Origin: Eledone cirrhosa
Lineage: Eukaryota
DNA: 64,000 bases
NCBI GenBank assembly: GCA_964016885.1
Contig: OZ024740.1
Coordinates: forward strand, 400,086,001 to 400,150,000
Direction: 5' to 3'
The position numbers and the translations under genes are program-made. Shown here one piece after another: positions 12,884 to 27,190 of this stretch (position 1 is the first letter of the stretch; every line of letters starts with the position of its first letter). The notes beneath the pieces are model-generated. The model had not been told where the DNA came from and did not search any database. It was given only the letters and a program-made list of their open reading frames with translations.

Positions 12884-13855
12884 TCTGCTCCTCGTTATCG
12901 AGTATGGCCATTGCACGATATACTATTATTAATAATTATTAATTAATTCTATCGTGCAATGCCTGTGCCTGAAGATATTTTTTAAAGTGAGAAAAGACTG
13001 TGCACTGAGCTAATTCCACTCTCTGAGCGACAGTATCTATAATCCGAAAAAAAAAGAAAAGATCAACATCATCAGTAACTACTGAGCCGCAGGTCTTATA
13101 TCGGAGTTATCCCAGTTTCCTGAGTTGCCTTCTCCTAGAAGAACGCCCTGACAAATGCTAGGGGTCCTTTACTCCCAGTGGTTTAACCGCGTGATACATG
13201 TGTATATACATATTTACACACCTTTGGATGGCCGTTGACTCTTATGAGTTCTTCCGTCCTTACATACATGGTGGCTGCCAACTCGTTTTCGAGTACGGCC
13301 ACTACTTTATATCCATGTAGGAGAACCCCTACCGATGCGCTGAACGAGTGTGACTTTTTAGTCCAGCCAGCGACTTGAAAACTCTGGTACAAACACTAGA
13401 CTTGTGACAATTATTGACACATAGTGCTGGGCCCATGGTACTATGTGACGACAAGTGCAGAGAGATCTCCAGATATAAAGCAATGCCTGTGACGTGAAGC
13501 TTTTATAGTGAGCAAAGGCACTGCCCAAAGCCAGTCCCACTCTCTTAACCAAGATGATATTTACCAAAAAGAAGAACATCAGAGTTGCAGGTGTTATATC
13601 AGAGTTTTCCTTCGCCTAGAATTCTGCCTTGACAAAGGTTAAGGGGTCATCTCTCCCGGTGATTTTGGATGGCCATTGACTCTTAAGAGCTCCTTTGCCC
13701 TTTAACAGGTTTTGTTTTTAGTCCTGCAGGATGTCCAAAGTCATCCTCCTCACCAAGAAACCTTGGTGGGGTTGCCAGTTTAGTCGCCAACGACCCGACC
13801 ATGGGACAGGTTGTACTGGGATACATGTTACCTTAGCACCAACTGGTGACCTTAC
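12884..13855 (-). mobile_element. Repeat R2, copy B (two internal subunits)
   Basis: Aligns with 38829-39553 and 11915-12412. The gcaatgcctgtg...ccactctct block recurs at ~12957 and ~13480. Confidence 0.7.
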
Positions 13856-13960
13856 ATACATACAAACATACATACAAACATGCATACATACAAACATGCA
13901 TGCATAAACTCATGCGTGACTAAATTTACGTATACAGAGGTATGTTAGCAGATTATAATA

Positions 13961-14150
13961 ATTATTTCTACTTTTGGCACAAGGCCAGCAATTACCCAGT
14001 GTATTATTGGTACTTTATTTTATCGATCCCGTAAGGATGATAGGCAAAGTTAACCTTGGCAGGATTTGAACTCAGAACATAAAGGGCCATAACTCTCTAT
14101 GCTACAGAGCATTGTGTCTGACGCTCTACCGATTCTGCCAATCCACTGCT
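13961..14150 (-). mobile_element. SINE S1
   Basis: Same sequence as 1587-1771. A further tail fragment follows at ~14160-14210. Confidence 0.85.
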
Positions 14151-14444
14151 CTATAATAATGATTTCTACTTTAGACACAAGGTCAGTTGTTTTGGGGAGG
14201 GGAAATTACATCCGAATTAGCTATGAGCCCGGAATACCGCTTACCGCATTAGTGATAGCAGACATTACATGTATGTATGTATGTATGTATGTATTTATGT
14301 ATGTTGGTGTATGTATGTTGGTGTATGTATGTGTGTGTATGTGCATGTATACACACATAGAAGTATATCGAACCTGATATCACAATGTTTGGTCATCTTA
14401 GCGGGTTATAGAATCACTGCGAATATTTATATATGTATACGCAC

Positions 14445-14532
<88 letters not shown>

Positions 14533-15301
14533 ACCCACACATATATATAGGAGATAGATAGATAGATAGAGATAGAAAGAAAGGGGGAGAGTGCAAGAGA
14601 GAGAGTAAGAAAGAAAATGGAGGGTAAAAGAAAGAGTGATAAAACTTGTATGCCTGAGAACCGCGAAGATTACTTCGTTGACATTGAAATGAAAACATTG
14701 GAAAGAGCTAAGTAATAATGGTATTATAACTGGGATTCTTACTAACACTAACAATGACAGCAATAACCATTAAAACAATACAAAAACAAAAATAAATTGT
14801 AGAGAAATTTAGGAAACAATTCCGATGCCAGTAAACCGAGAAGCAATTTAATATGATAATATGATAATCAGTGTTTGAAATTGTACTCAATTCTTCAAAT
14901 TGTAGTATCTAACAGATACATTCTTTTGCTTTTTCAATCAATTTAGAAAATTTCTGCCAGTAATAAATTGAATTTTGTGCAATACTTAGGAGATAATTTT
15001 CCTGTAGTTTTTCTTTTTTTCATCTTTTTAGTTTGTTTCAAAAATTTCAATGAAGTTTTGAAATCAGTTTAGGTTTAACCGATGTAAACGATTCCTGATG
15101 TAATTGTCTTCTTTCTTTACGTTTGGAAATATTGGCTTTCTAAATAAATTACATGTTGCTCTTTGTTTTAATCGATGTGTGCTGTATAACCCACTTAGAT
15201 AGAAATGGTGGTGGTAGGGGTGATGGCAGTGGTAATGAATTGTGGTAGTCATGGTACCCCTAATGGAAGATGGTTATGAAGTGAACATACAAGCAATATC
15301 T

Positions 15302-15396
<95 letters not shown>

Positions 15397-15399
15397 AGA

Positions 15400-15700
15400 A
15401 AGTGGAATTGGAAATAGCAAGGAAAATATATATAAAGGATCTATTTTTCTTTTTTCTTCTTTGATCTGTCAAAGTGACATTGAAAAAATGAGAGGAACAA
15501 TTCTGTATATAAAATATATAAAATATAACCGGTTTCGATGTATCAGTGTAATCCATCTTATCAAATGTTGAATATTACAATTAAAAAGAATTAAAAAGAA
15601 TTAAAAAGAATTAAAAATTAAAAATTTAAAATTAAGAAGGTCTGTTCATCTTTCTCAACAAGAAAGATGAACAGACCTTCTTCACTTAATTTTAAATTCT
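15400..15700 (-). mobile_element. Penelope pLTR remnant with U3-A8 HHR (15522-15569) and terminal palindrome 15634-15682
   Basis: Minus strand: aacat-TTGATAA-gatg...catc-GAAA-CCGG-TT-atatt. Short AATTAAAAAG repeats resemble those at 680-720. Palindrome aagaaggtctgttcatctttct(caaca)agaaagatgaacagaccttctt. Confidence 0.6.
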
Positions 15701-16265
15701 TAGTATGAAATGGCGCTATAAGGATTCACTTACGATTCCACCTGTGTACCTATTCTTCTATAGAATATGTATTTGGTATATATACAATATACCATGTTTC
15801 TTTTACGATATATGGCCCTTTCTCTCTATATATAAACACATATCTTCTAATTTGGTTATTATGGCTCTAGATAAAGTCTATTGAGCTTACCTATTGAGAA
15901 ACACAAAGTTCTAAACATATTTGATATGTTTTGAGTCATCATTTGTATTTAATGGCTCCAAACCTCTTAACTTGTTGAGCTCGGTGGCTATAATCACCGT
16001 TCCTATTTCTAGCGGTATTATCGTCCACCATGTGGATATCTATTCGCCATGGGTTTAACATCATCACCTAATGTGCTTCTCAGCATAGTGGTCATGTTGG
16101 ACTTAGCTGTGGATATTCCCTTAGTATGGTGAGACTAAACATCTGAAGAGTCTCATGTGGTTTAAACATAATCGATAGTTTGTCTTCGATAATCGAATAT
16201 AATGATTGATGTTTTTCTTTCTTTCGATGAGAGAGAGGAAGAGAGAGTGAGTGAAAGAGAAAGCG

Positions 16266-16342
<77 letters not shown>

Positions 16343-17220
16343 TATATATATAAATATATAATAAATACAATATCGGAGAAAGCTTTTTAGCGATACTCCG
16401 GCCAAATTCCAACTCACTCAACAAACATTAGGAAATAAGTGATTATATTCCCAATTATGCGTTCGGGGTGCTAACTAAAAGTATTGCATGGAAAATTGGC
16501 TGTATTATTTCATATGAGACATATCTAATATATCTCTTCCCAGACGGACGTCTCGTTTCATTATAGGATTCCTACAATTTGGGTGAAATTATACCAATTT
16601 ATGTAGGAGCTTGTATACCATCAATAGATATATATTCAAGTGGGCTCCTATAATTCATCAGTGGGTGCCCCAATAATACTAATATTGATAATCTAACCAA
16701 CATCAGTATTTAGCGATAATCATCATTTGTGCCTGAGGTATCTGTCAGGTTGCCAGTCCAGCAGTTCTAAAGAAGTGCTCAAACTGATTAAAAAAATGAG
16801 GAATAAATTACCGCCAAAAAAACAATACATGCGCATGGCAATGAACTCTGAAAGGAATTCAGGCCACGTGCTAAGAACTCAATTGGAAATTAAAAAAACA
16901 TCTATGTGTGTACAACATATGATGACACACACAGATATTTTCTCGGGCAAAATAACAGAATGAGATATAAGGAACAAACAATATTCATATGTAAAAAATA
17001 AACAAAGAAATGCTAACCTTATACCGGGAATTTTTTTTCTCAAATCTATAAATATATATATATATAAATATATTTAGAGGGAGAGACAGAGAGACAGAGA
17101 GAGAGACAGAGAGATAGAGATAGAGATAGAGATAGATAGATAGAGAGAGAGAGAGAGAAGATATATAGAAGGAGAATCGACAGTTTTGATACTTATCTGG
17201 AACATTATTATCGGTCAATA

Positions 17221-17590
17221 GGGTGGTGAATTGGCAGTATCGGTAGAGGGTTGGACATGCTTTCCAGCATAGTTACGTCCCCTTACGATCTGAGTTCAAA
17301 TCCCGCCGAGGTTAACTTTGCCTTTCATCCTTACGGGGTCGATACAATAAAGTACCAGTAATGTACTGGGATAATTGCTGGCCTTGTGCCTAAAGTAGAA
17401 ACAATTATTATCGTGGTGGATTGGCAGTATCGGTAAAGGGTCGGACTCCATGCTTTGATGCATAGAGTTACGGCCCTTTCCATTCTGAGTTCAAATCCCG
17501 CCGAGGTTAACTTTGCCTGTCATCTTTACGGGGTCGATAAAATAAAGTACCAGTAATGCACTGGGTAATTTGCTGGCCTTGTGCCAATTA
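17221..17590 (+). mobile_element. Tandem dimer of SINE S1
   Basis: Two copies, with ATTATTATCG before, between and after them. Confidence 0.88.
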
Positions 17591-17875
17591 TTATCGACCA
17601 CGCAAATTTGGACAGCAAAGTTGGTCAAATGTTGTTTAAACTCAGAGCAAAGAGAGCCGGATCGCCATGTTATTCGACTTTCTAGAGTTTCCGTCAATTC
17701 GCCGCCTAGAGGCAAATTTTAAGAAGGTGGTTTTAATCCATCATAATGCTGCCTGTGTTTGTCTGGTCCTTATTCTGTGGACATTCTGGAAGTTAAAATT
17801 AACTCCGGCTTGATTTGAACATATATACAGAGGACGTAAATACACGCGGAAATTATTTACACATACACACACATA

Positions 17876-17915
<40 letters not shown>

Positions 17916-18058
17916 CAGTCAAGTGTAACATGTCGAGCCATATTAACGAGGCATATCGTTCATTGGCACGGATGAGATGAAAAAAAGACACGGATGTTCA
18001 GGAGACAAGGCAGCGTCATATTTTGGAGTGTTGGAGTTTTCCGTCTCTTTCTCGTTCA

Positions 18059-18096
<38 letters not shown>

Positions 18097-18815
18097 TGTT
18101 ATAATTTGGGTATCACACATTATGTTTATAATATACTTGGAATTATAATTATCGTTTCTGATTTAGGCACAAGGCCAAAGATTTTGAGTAAAAGAAAATA
18201 TATTCTATAAGTGTGTATAACCTTATATGATCAAAACAGAATATGGTAGATATTTTCTGTGTATACATGTAAGCTTATATGAATTTATACTAATAAATCC
18301 TATATTTATTATGGGAGAGAGAAGAATGAAAGAGAGATAGAGAGATAGAGAGGTAGAGAGATAGAGAGAGGGGTAAAGCAGTAATACAGAAGGAAAGAAT
18401 GAATGAAAGAGAGAAAACGAGTGAGGCAAATAAATGGACAAATATCAAAATAGCACATCAAAAAGATTGTTGAATTTCTTGAGGTCTGGTGGGAATAATT
18501 TCAAGTGGCATCATGATGATTTGCTTTCTATACAGTGATTAGAAACAAGAGCTAAGAATTAATAAGCGCTTCACTTAAACTTGCAAACTAATTGCTAGGC
18601 GGGAACGTGATGGTTTTTCCAAATGGTGCTAAAGGAAAGGCGGTGCCAGGGTGGCTAAGAAGGAGGGTCGTAGCTTTATCATGTCATTTCCGGGAAAACA
18701 TCTATATAAACAGTATTTACCAAAACTAAGGTTACCTCCCATCTCTTTCTTTTCCTCTTTTCTTTTCTTTTTTTTTTTTGCTCTTTGACGTTTTTACTTC
18801 ATACACGCACACACG

Positions 18816-18849
<34 letters not shown>

Positions 18850-18934
18850 GACACAGATACACAGACACACACGCACACACACGCACACACACACACACAC
18901 ACCCACCCACACACAGAGACACACACGCACACAT

Positions 18935-18968
<34 letters not shown>

Positions 18969-19130
18969 TCACACACACACGCACACACACATACAGAGAC
19001 ACAGAGAAACAGACACCCACTCACACACACACACACACAATTGAGCGCACGCTATCTCTCTGTCTCTCTCTATCTATGTATCTATATATATATATATAAT
19101 ATATATATAAAAATATTATTAATCTTTGGT

Positions 19131-19195
<65 letters not shown>

Positions 19196-19305
19196 AATAT
19201 AAAGTGTTAATCTAATATATTTCTTCATTGTACTTAGTTGTTTGCTTTGTTGTTTACGTTTAATATTTGCACAAGCACAGACACACACACACACACGCAG
19301 ACCAT

Positions 19306-19406
<101 letters not shown>

Positions 19407-19654
19407 GCATGTATATTTTTATATCAGCCCTTTCGTTGTTTTATGAAGTGTTTATTGGTCCCATGCCAGACTATTCAATAGTTATACGGCCCCAAATATC
19501 TGACCTAATAGAATACTTTCTACAAAAATAGCAGAAACGGAAATATTTAAATATATTAACAATAACACCTCTAATAACAACATATTAAAGTAAAATAAAG
19601 CAAAAAAAAACAGCACCAGCGACAAGAATAACATAAACAACTACTATTACAATA

Positions 19655-19862
19655 AGCATAACCACCACCGACACCACCATCGTAACCACCACCGACGCCA
19701 CCAGTATAACCACCACCGACACCACCAGTATAACCACCACCGACACCTCCAGTATAACCACCACCGACACCACCAGCATTACTACAACCAACAAAACGAC
19801 TACTGTTACAATCACAACCACCACAACAACTAATATTATCACAAACACCATCATCATCATCC

Positions 19863-19898
<36 letters not shown>

Positions 19899-19900
19899 TA
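19655..19900. repeat. 24-bp minisatellite (ACCACCACCGACACCACCAGTATA)n followed by (ACC/ACT)n low complexity
   Basis: About five imperfect units at 19660-19780. Confidence 0.8.
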
Positions 19901-20439
19901 ACAATAATAACCAATTTTCACGATTAGATATTTCAAGGGTGTTTGCCATTAATAGCAGTTAGGGTTCCTCATTTATTTGGAGTGCTCCCTATTCCCAGAA
20001 GATATTTCCGACTTGTCTCCAGTTTAATAGTCTCCAGGGCTCCAATTATAAAACAGGGTGGGTTTATTTTTCTGTATCCTTTCACTTCCTTTCAAAGTAA
20101 GGTTTTGGATGTTAACTTTATGAAAGATTTGTTTTTATTTTTTACTTCACATCAATAATGATTGTTTTCGCTTGTGCTAGTTCAAAACTATTAAACGAGT
20201 ACTTGCTACCTTCTCTTTAAGCATCAGTCCAGACAGCTAGCTCGTACCACATTAAGTTTTAAAAACACAGTAAAGCGTCATGTTCTTAATATTAAGATTG
20301 GTGATTACTTTCTTTCTATTTTATTCTCCCTTTCTCTTTTTTTGCCTTCCGAGGTCCTTAGGGATGGAGGTAACATCGTATTAAATGTTTTAGCGTATAT
20401 TATTATTATTATTATTTATGCTACTCATTTGCTTCTTCT

Positions 20440-22545
20440 TGCGTCAAACTCACTCGGCGCGCGCCGAAATCCCTGCACCGGTGGCACTGCCCGCGATGCG
20501 TATCCCTCTCGCGACGCCATAGATCAGGTGGCGACAGGTGCCCGGCTCAACGGGGTTCCAACTCTGATGGGTTGTGATCTCTTACCTTATGCAGTCACGG
20601 AGAGTCATTACCAGGATCCTAAAGCTGCTTGCACTCTCGGGCCGAAGCGCTAGCCTCGTCTACCGATCGCGCGATTGACTCGCGTGGCGCGCATGACTGG
20701 ACTAAACTGTTTTGCAACCATCGCACTCAGGATCTCGATGGCAATGAACCCGACGGCGGGAGTGGTATCGGGCCCTTCTCTGACTTCAAGGCTCAGGGGC
20801 AATATCACTCACTTCTGTGATCTTTCGTTTGCGAGCTTCTCGGCCACACGTGCTGCCCACCACCGACTACACGAAACGTCTCCGAGATAGAATCAACCTC
20901 AGACTAATTAAGGGTGATGTCTCGGCTACGAGAGCGACACAGTACTCCGGCCCACACCCGATGTTCTATGAGCGCTTTGCCATAAACACCCTGAACCCCC
21001 AGCAGACATCAGGGACGTCCAAGCTCCAGCCAGTAATTTTTCCTTGGTCGCGTCAAGTGAGGACGTAGTAGCGTGTCTCGCCTCATGCTGCTGTGGCAGG
21101 AGTACGATTGCTCCAGTCAATCACAGCCCTCACCAACTGTCTTCTCTGTGCCAAGTTACTCTGCCATGTCTTCTGAGGAAAAATGATTGTGGTGTTCTCC
21201 CCATCTCAGTGAGCAACGTCTTCCAATGCAGCCAACATAGCTTGCAAGTCAATCAAAGACGACCTGAACGAGGGGCTACACCTTATCCTGTTCAGAGTGG
21301 GCTTCAAGTGCGGATGTGAGACAGCAGCTCATGCGGCCAGACACTTTATAGTGCACACGTCTCATTCGTTAACCACCATTTGAAGCCGGACATGAGAAAC
21401 GCTTTCAACAACGTTACACGAGAACGCGTCTTAGAGACGTGTCTCAAACGGGCTCCTCAATTTTCCTCTTGTTCACCTCTCGCACGGAAGACCCAGAAAA
21501 TTCATGGTTGCTGACAAAAGGCTTATTTCCGCTTCCCATTCGGTCCTCTCTTATTTGCGCTGGTATTTGAAGACGTTGCCCGCTCTTCCCGGCCGCCCTT
21601 CAACGTTTGGTAAACGTGAGTGGCTCGGCTGAGATGCCGGTTGAGGACCTTCAGATAATCATCCCAGCTCTACAACCTATCCAAGTCCAAGGTGATAAAC
21701 AATAGCCATGTAGTGGCTGAATTACACGACACGGTACTCAGCACACATCGTCTCTTGTACGGCACTCGGATCACGCCCAAGGACGCTACCTGTATTCTCC
21801 GCTCTCCAATTCTTTGAAAGCTATACAAGAGTGCCTGGAGATCAAGCATACAGACATGTCGAGAATGGTGGAGAGGCTGCGCCTGATTGACGCGCATCCG
21901 ACACTCATCCTCTTGAGGAACTGCTTCGGTCTTCCCGAGTACTTGTTCACGCTGGACCTTGTCATCCCCACGCAGATCACCACGGTGAACTGGACGCCAT
22001 CATCCGATACTGTGTAGAACTCATATGCAATGTTAGTTTCAACATTGCCGGCTGGATCCAAACGAAGCTTCCACTGAAGTTCAGTGGCCACAGCCTCCGA
22101 TCCACTTCATATCTAGCATTGCCGGCCTACCTCTCCTTAATCTTCTCAAGTCACACACTCGTTAGTAAAGTCCTCAGCAAGACAGTCGAACCTGATGTGT
22201 CCCTAGAACTTGTACAGGCTCTAGGTGACTAGACGGCCGAAGGCCTCTCCGTCGTCAAGTATACACGTATCCAATGTAACTGCGACATCAAACGCTTGTC
22301 TTCCTTCAGGCGCATCGAGTCTGGCTTGGACCAACTTCGCTTCACCTGTCTCCGATTCGCATCACAGCCAAAGAGCGTGGCGCGTGGCGTGGCGTAATTC
22401 GGTTCCCCCATCATCAACGGGTACCCGTTTTGTTGTCGAGTGCACTCCCATCGGAGTGGCCCAACGCTTCAGCCTTCGCGTGTGTGAGCAACACAAATAC
22501 TGTTGTGGGGCTGTTTTGACAAGTTTGACCAGCAGCCACTGTCAC
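20440..22545 (+). mobile_element. Decayed CRE-clade non-LTR retrotransposon (RT and downstream Zn-knuckle)
   Basis: GC-rich island. Frames give KNDCGVLPISVSNVF, GFKCGCETAAHAARH, DMRNAFNNVTRE, PFGPLLFAL, FNVW, IDAHPTLILLRNCFGLP, QTKLPLKFSG and GVAQRFSLRVCEQHKYCCG, collinear with CRE proteins. Many frameshifts. Confidence 0.78.
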
Positions 22546-23024
22546 CCACTCTTTCTCTCTCTTACTTTCATTCTCTCTCTCTTACTCTCTTTCTTTCTTA
22601 CATTCTCATTCTTTCTCCTACGCGCCAAGAAATCGGTTGGGATCTGTCAAATTTACAGTGCCCAACACACGCCTTATGTCATGACAGCTCCCTTACGACT
22701 CCATCAGTAGTTAACGCTACATAAATACTGGGCTAGATTTAATCTGATACTGGTATCCACCAGACGTCTTCATGCCATGGGACTACGGCCAAGAAGACTC
22801 CTGAAAGGATCCTGAAACGTATCTTCTTAATGTTCCATACACTTTAATGGTATTTCTGATTTAAGGTATTATTAACTTTGAAAGAAATAGTGATGGATAC
22901 ATTCCACAGAAATCCAATAATTAATGTAGCATCGAGTCCGCATTTAGTCGACAGGAGAAGGATCAATTTTAGTAGTTCCTGAGAGTTAACTGCCACACTC
23001 TTACAAAGTAGTATTATATGAATT

Positions 23025-23200
23025 GACAGTATCAGTAGAGGGTCGGAATGCTTTCTAGCATAGAGTTTCGTCCCTTTACGATCTGAGTTCAATTCCCGCA
23101 GAGGTTAACTTTGCCTTTCATCCATATGGGGTCGATAAAATAAAGTACCAGTAATATACTGGTTAATTGCTGGCCTTGTGCCAAAAGTAAAAACAATTAT
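23025..23200 (+). mobile_element. SINE S1
   Basis: B-box and core as in other copies. Confidence 0.85.
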
Positions 23201-23879
23201 AATTAAAGAAATTTACTACCCTTTAAATGAAGTTGTAGAGGATTGCGCTGCCTTAATGAATATTTGATCATAGAATTTGATATTTTTTTTTACTTTTGAC
23301 ATTAAAAAATATGGATTAATGAGAACTCATGGCATAGATGTTCTATTAATTTTCAATTGCTTTTAAAACTTAAGAAAGTATTGTTTACAATCTGTTGGAA
23401 ATGTTTTAACAAATAGAGTAAATTCAATATATATCAATATATATATATATATATATATGTATATCAATATCATAAATAATGTCCTAAGAATTATTAGATA
23501 AAATATATACCATTTCCTCTCCCAATTAGCATAATTAACCATATAAAAAATCAATTAGACCAAGCTATAAGAATAAAAGCTCCTATGAAGAAATTTCCGA
23601 CAAATAACCGAAAGCGGTTTCTTCGCGGTGGCCCCGATAGAGTATTTATCCAACATTTCAACAGCATGTAGAAACTGACTAAATATACCATCAACCATAC
23701 ACAATTAGGTGTAAATTGAAACTTAGAAGAAATGTGTACATACCGTAGTTATATCTCTACCATGGCTTCGTCCGTATTTTTAGACATCCAATAACAGGAT
23801 ATATCCAGAGTATCGGACTCATCAGGAGTGAACTCAAAATTAGACATTTAATTTTCCAAAGTGATCGCGCCAAAAATGA

Positions 23880-26100
23880 TTAAAAAATGGCTAAGAATCG
23901 TGACGTGGCAGTGGTAAAAAAATACAGATACAATATAGACACAAACACATATATATAGTCTATCAAAGTTTTTTCGTTGCTCATCTGCAACATCGTCAGT
24001 GGTGCTATTGTTTCCTCTCGTTGCATTGTATGTCTACGCCATCTTTATTTAGTCTGTTTATATATTTATTTATTTGTTTATTTTTTTGTCTTCTTTGTGC
24101 ATGCGTTTGCGTGTGTGTATAGTGTTTTGTTTGATGTGTGTTAGTGTTTGGGTGACTGTGTATTGGTTAATGTATTCTATCTTTACTGGTGTGTGTTTAT
24201 ATGTGTTTGTTGTTATTGTGCTTGTGTATGTATTTATTTATTTATCTATTTATTTATTTATTTATTTATACTTCTCTTAGGTCAGAGTTATTTGTTTGGG
24301 TGTTGTTGTTATTCCATTCATTGTTTCTGTTTAGCCTTGGCCTTCTAAGTTCTATTTCACTGGCCTCTCTGATTTGCCTATCTGCTGGGTCATTTCTATC
24401 TTTAGATATTATTCTAATTTCTATGTTGTCTATGTTACCGTCGTGTTGTTGTCTGGCATGTTCGTATAGTACTGAACCGTTTTTTCGTCCTTTTAGTTCC
24501 CCCTAGTGTTGGTCTATCCTTTTACCTATGCTACGAGCTGTCTTGCCTATGTATGTTGTTGTCATGTTTCTGCAAGTACCCTCTGTACATCTTATGTTAT
24601 AGACTACGTTTCTAGTTTTACAGTTTATCCGGGGGTTTACTTTACATATGATACATTTCCTATTAGTACAGTGGGTTTTCTTAAAAGGGTAGGTTTTGCT
24701 GATCGGGGGTTTTATGGTGGTTCCTGGCTTTTCTACCACCTTAATCTTTAAGTGGGTCTTTCTCAGGGCCTTTCTACACTGGTTAGCTAATTTCCCTCCA
24801 GGGGTAGCGTCCGCAAACATGACACTCTGGTATCTCTGATTGTCGTACCATGAGGTGGCTTTCCCTATCTTATGTCTAGCCCTATCTAAGCTATTCCATG
24901 ATTTGCTCCTGTATAATGGGCAAATTCCTTTCATGTCCAGTTCTATGAGGGTCTTATACTTCTCCGTGGCTCCTTCGTATACTCTGATTCTGTCTCTTTG
25001 GTTGTAGCCAGAGAACTGCATGCGGTTGATGAAGTGTTGGATGTGTCTTTCCATTTCTGTTGGGTCGCACATGCGGGACACGTTCTTCATCACTCGTACC
25101 AAGTCTGCGATCAGAATATTAAACTTAGCACTACTGGACATTGCTGAGTTTTTGAGTATCATGTATTTGGAGACCATGGGTTTAGCATAGTGTGAGTGGA
25201 GAATTTTGGCTCTCTCGTCTATAGTGTTAATCCAGAGTTCCGTGTCTAATACAGGTAGTCTATTGTTAGGGTGTTTGGAAGGGTAGTCGATAGTTACAGT
25301 TATACTCTGGTGTATGGAATTAGCTATCTGCTAGATGCTTTCCATTGTGCTACGTTCTAAATCAAACTTGTTAGTGGTCTCTTGTGGGGATGTTCTTATT
25401 ACTATATTGATATCATCTACGTAACGAGAGTACATGCTGAGGTCTATGGAGCTCTCATCAAGGAGATCCCTAAGTCTCCTTTCCCACCACACCATAAATA
25501 GGTTGGCAACGTCACCAGCTATGCTGACGCCAATGGCTGCTCCCTCATTTTGGGTGTAGATCTTCTCGTTGAACTTGAATATGTGGCCCCTTAGGGTAGT
25601 TTTGATACTAGCCCCTATTGCATGTGCGACCATTTTTCTTACCTGATCATTGTTTTGGGGGGTCCGTATAGCTTTGGTCCACCCAATCCACTTTCCCATG
25701 GGAGTCTTTTTAGCCATTGAGGTTATGGTGGTGGGGGGGGGGGGGTCTACATCTTATGGGTCTACTGGGGCAGAAACGTCTTAGGTCATGGCTGTCTAGG
25801 TAGTCAGTGTGGTAGGTAAGTCAAGTAGGAGGCCCAGTTCGTCTGTGTCGACGTCACAGAACTCCACCTCACTATCAATGATCATCTCCACACATTTTTC
25901 CACAGCAAAATCAATGTTAATGGATGGGTACAGTGATACCACATCCATGCTGCCTATTATGCAGTTGGATAGGTTCCTGTTTTTGTTGCACTCACTGATT
26001 CTGCTGAGGAGGTCCTCTGCACTGTCACATACATCTGGGGACATCTTGATTATAGAATCCTTAGCCACATTGCCCATAATACTTTTGCTGTGCCCATTCC
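23880..26100 (-). mobile_element. Second Naiad-type Penelope-like copy (longer RT, disabled) with 3' region and degenerate HHR at ~23962-24003
   Basis: IIGSMDVVSLYPSI, IFKFNEKIYTQNEGAAIG, YSRYVDD and the same GIY-YIG domain as 5677-6948. TAG stops at 25331 and 24503 and frameshifts near 25730-25800. Minus strand carries CTGACGA-T-gttgc(agatga)gcaac-GAAA. Confidence 0.92.
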
Positions 26101-26109
26101 AATGCCAAC

Positions 26110-26889
26110 ATTTGGCTTACTGAACTAGTCACTGCAAGAACTGAGCGAGATGGTGTTAATGACACGCAAGCTACTCAGTGTTACAGGAAACTTTAACATC
26201 AATGGTGAGAAAGACAGTCTATATTTCTCCCTCAAAGAGGTTGGGTGGAGACTAAAATCCATATCAAGATCATACGAGACACGGATAATAACACTGAAAT
26301 AATAGCTTCAACAAACGAAAAAGGTTAGCGGTCATCTCATCCAGCATGAAAATAATAATTGTTTCTACTTTTGGCACAAGGCCAGCAATTACACAGTACA
26401 TTACTGGTACTTTATTTTATCGACCCCGTAAGGATGAAAGGCAAAGTTAACCTCAACGGGTTTTGAACTCAGGCCGTAAAGGGACTATGCTAGAAAGCAT
26501 GGCCTCCAACCCTCTACCGATACTGCCAATAATATTGTTAGGATAGCCACTGATCTATAGGAGTGATATAAAATAAAGACTATTACAAATCTTTCTCCCA
26601 GGAACATTGGAAGATTCTACTCAATGCCCAAAATTTAAAAAAAATGGATTAATTCACTGAAAAGTTTGTACATGGGTACTTGAGACGAAAATTACAGACC
26701 ATAGAGGGTATAAAACATACTAAAAGCCTGATATGGAATTACGAGTGGTTGATTATATCTCACCTTGAAGGATACATGTATGCAATCCAGGAGCAAGAAA
26801 TCCCCTCCAAGTACCTACTGCACAAAAGTGGAAGGTCATCAGTTGAGAATAAATGTAGGCTGTGTAAAACAAAGAATGAAGATGTTAGC
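26110..26889 (+). mobile_element. R4/Dong-like non-LTR retrotransposon fragment, interrupted by a SINE
   Basis: GNFNINGEKDSLYFSLKEVGWRLKSI (RLYxxRxxGGRGL-like) and KSLHGY...LEGYMYAIQEQEI...KCRLCK. Confidence 0.7.
26351..26529 (-). mobile_element. SINE S1, slightly 5'-truncated
   Basis: Matches 1587-1771. Confidence 0.88.
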
Positions 26890-27190
26890 TGAACTCTGTG
26901 AAACCAGCAGATGAGAGGTAGCATGTTTCCCTGTGGAAATAGAGAATTTGTCGGGATTAGGGTTGACTCAATGCTTATGGGCCTTGATCTGACAGCAAAA
27001 GATTGGAAATAACCATTCGAGGGCATTATTGGAAGCAGCTGAGAAAGCGAGTCACTACATCAAAAGAGAAGATGAATGGTGCATCAGTGAGGTGTATAGA
27101 GACGTCCTGCTCGGAGTCACAATATCGAATTTCCTGATGTTCTGACAGTTTGAAGTGGAAGGAATCACACCAGACCCATCTAAGATGTGC
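26890..27190 (+). mobile_element. HERO-like retrotransposon 3' fragment (end of restriction-like endonuclease)
   Basis: VACFPVEI...FVG...EAAEKASH traces resemble the PVEVGCRGFVG...AAEKAS C-terminus. Degenerate. Confidence 0.45.

Noticed and set aside
15740-16950. Possible Merlin- or piggyBac-like transposase remnants
   Set aside because: Only a few scattered residues across stops and frameshifts; not supportable without a profile search.
19655-19914. CRISPR-like array or a Val/Thr-rich protein
   Set aside because: Contiguous 24-bp units without unique spacers, no cas genes, and a eukaryotic context; it is a minisatellite.
24503-25333. Possible selenocysteine recoding, reported for some Naiad elements
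   Set aside because: The in-frame stops are TAG replacing CAG and TGG of the sister copy, not TGA at cysteine positions; they are ordinary nonsense mutations.
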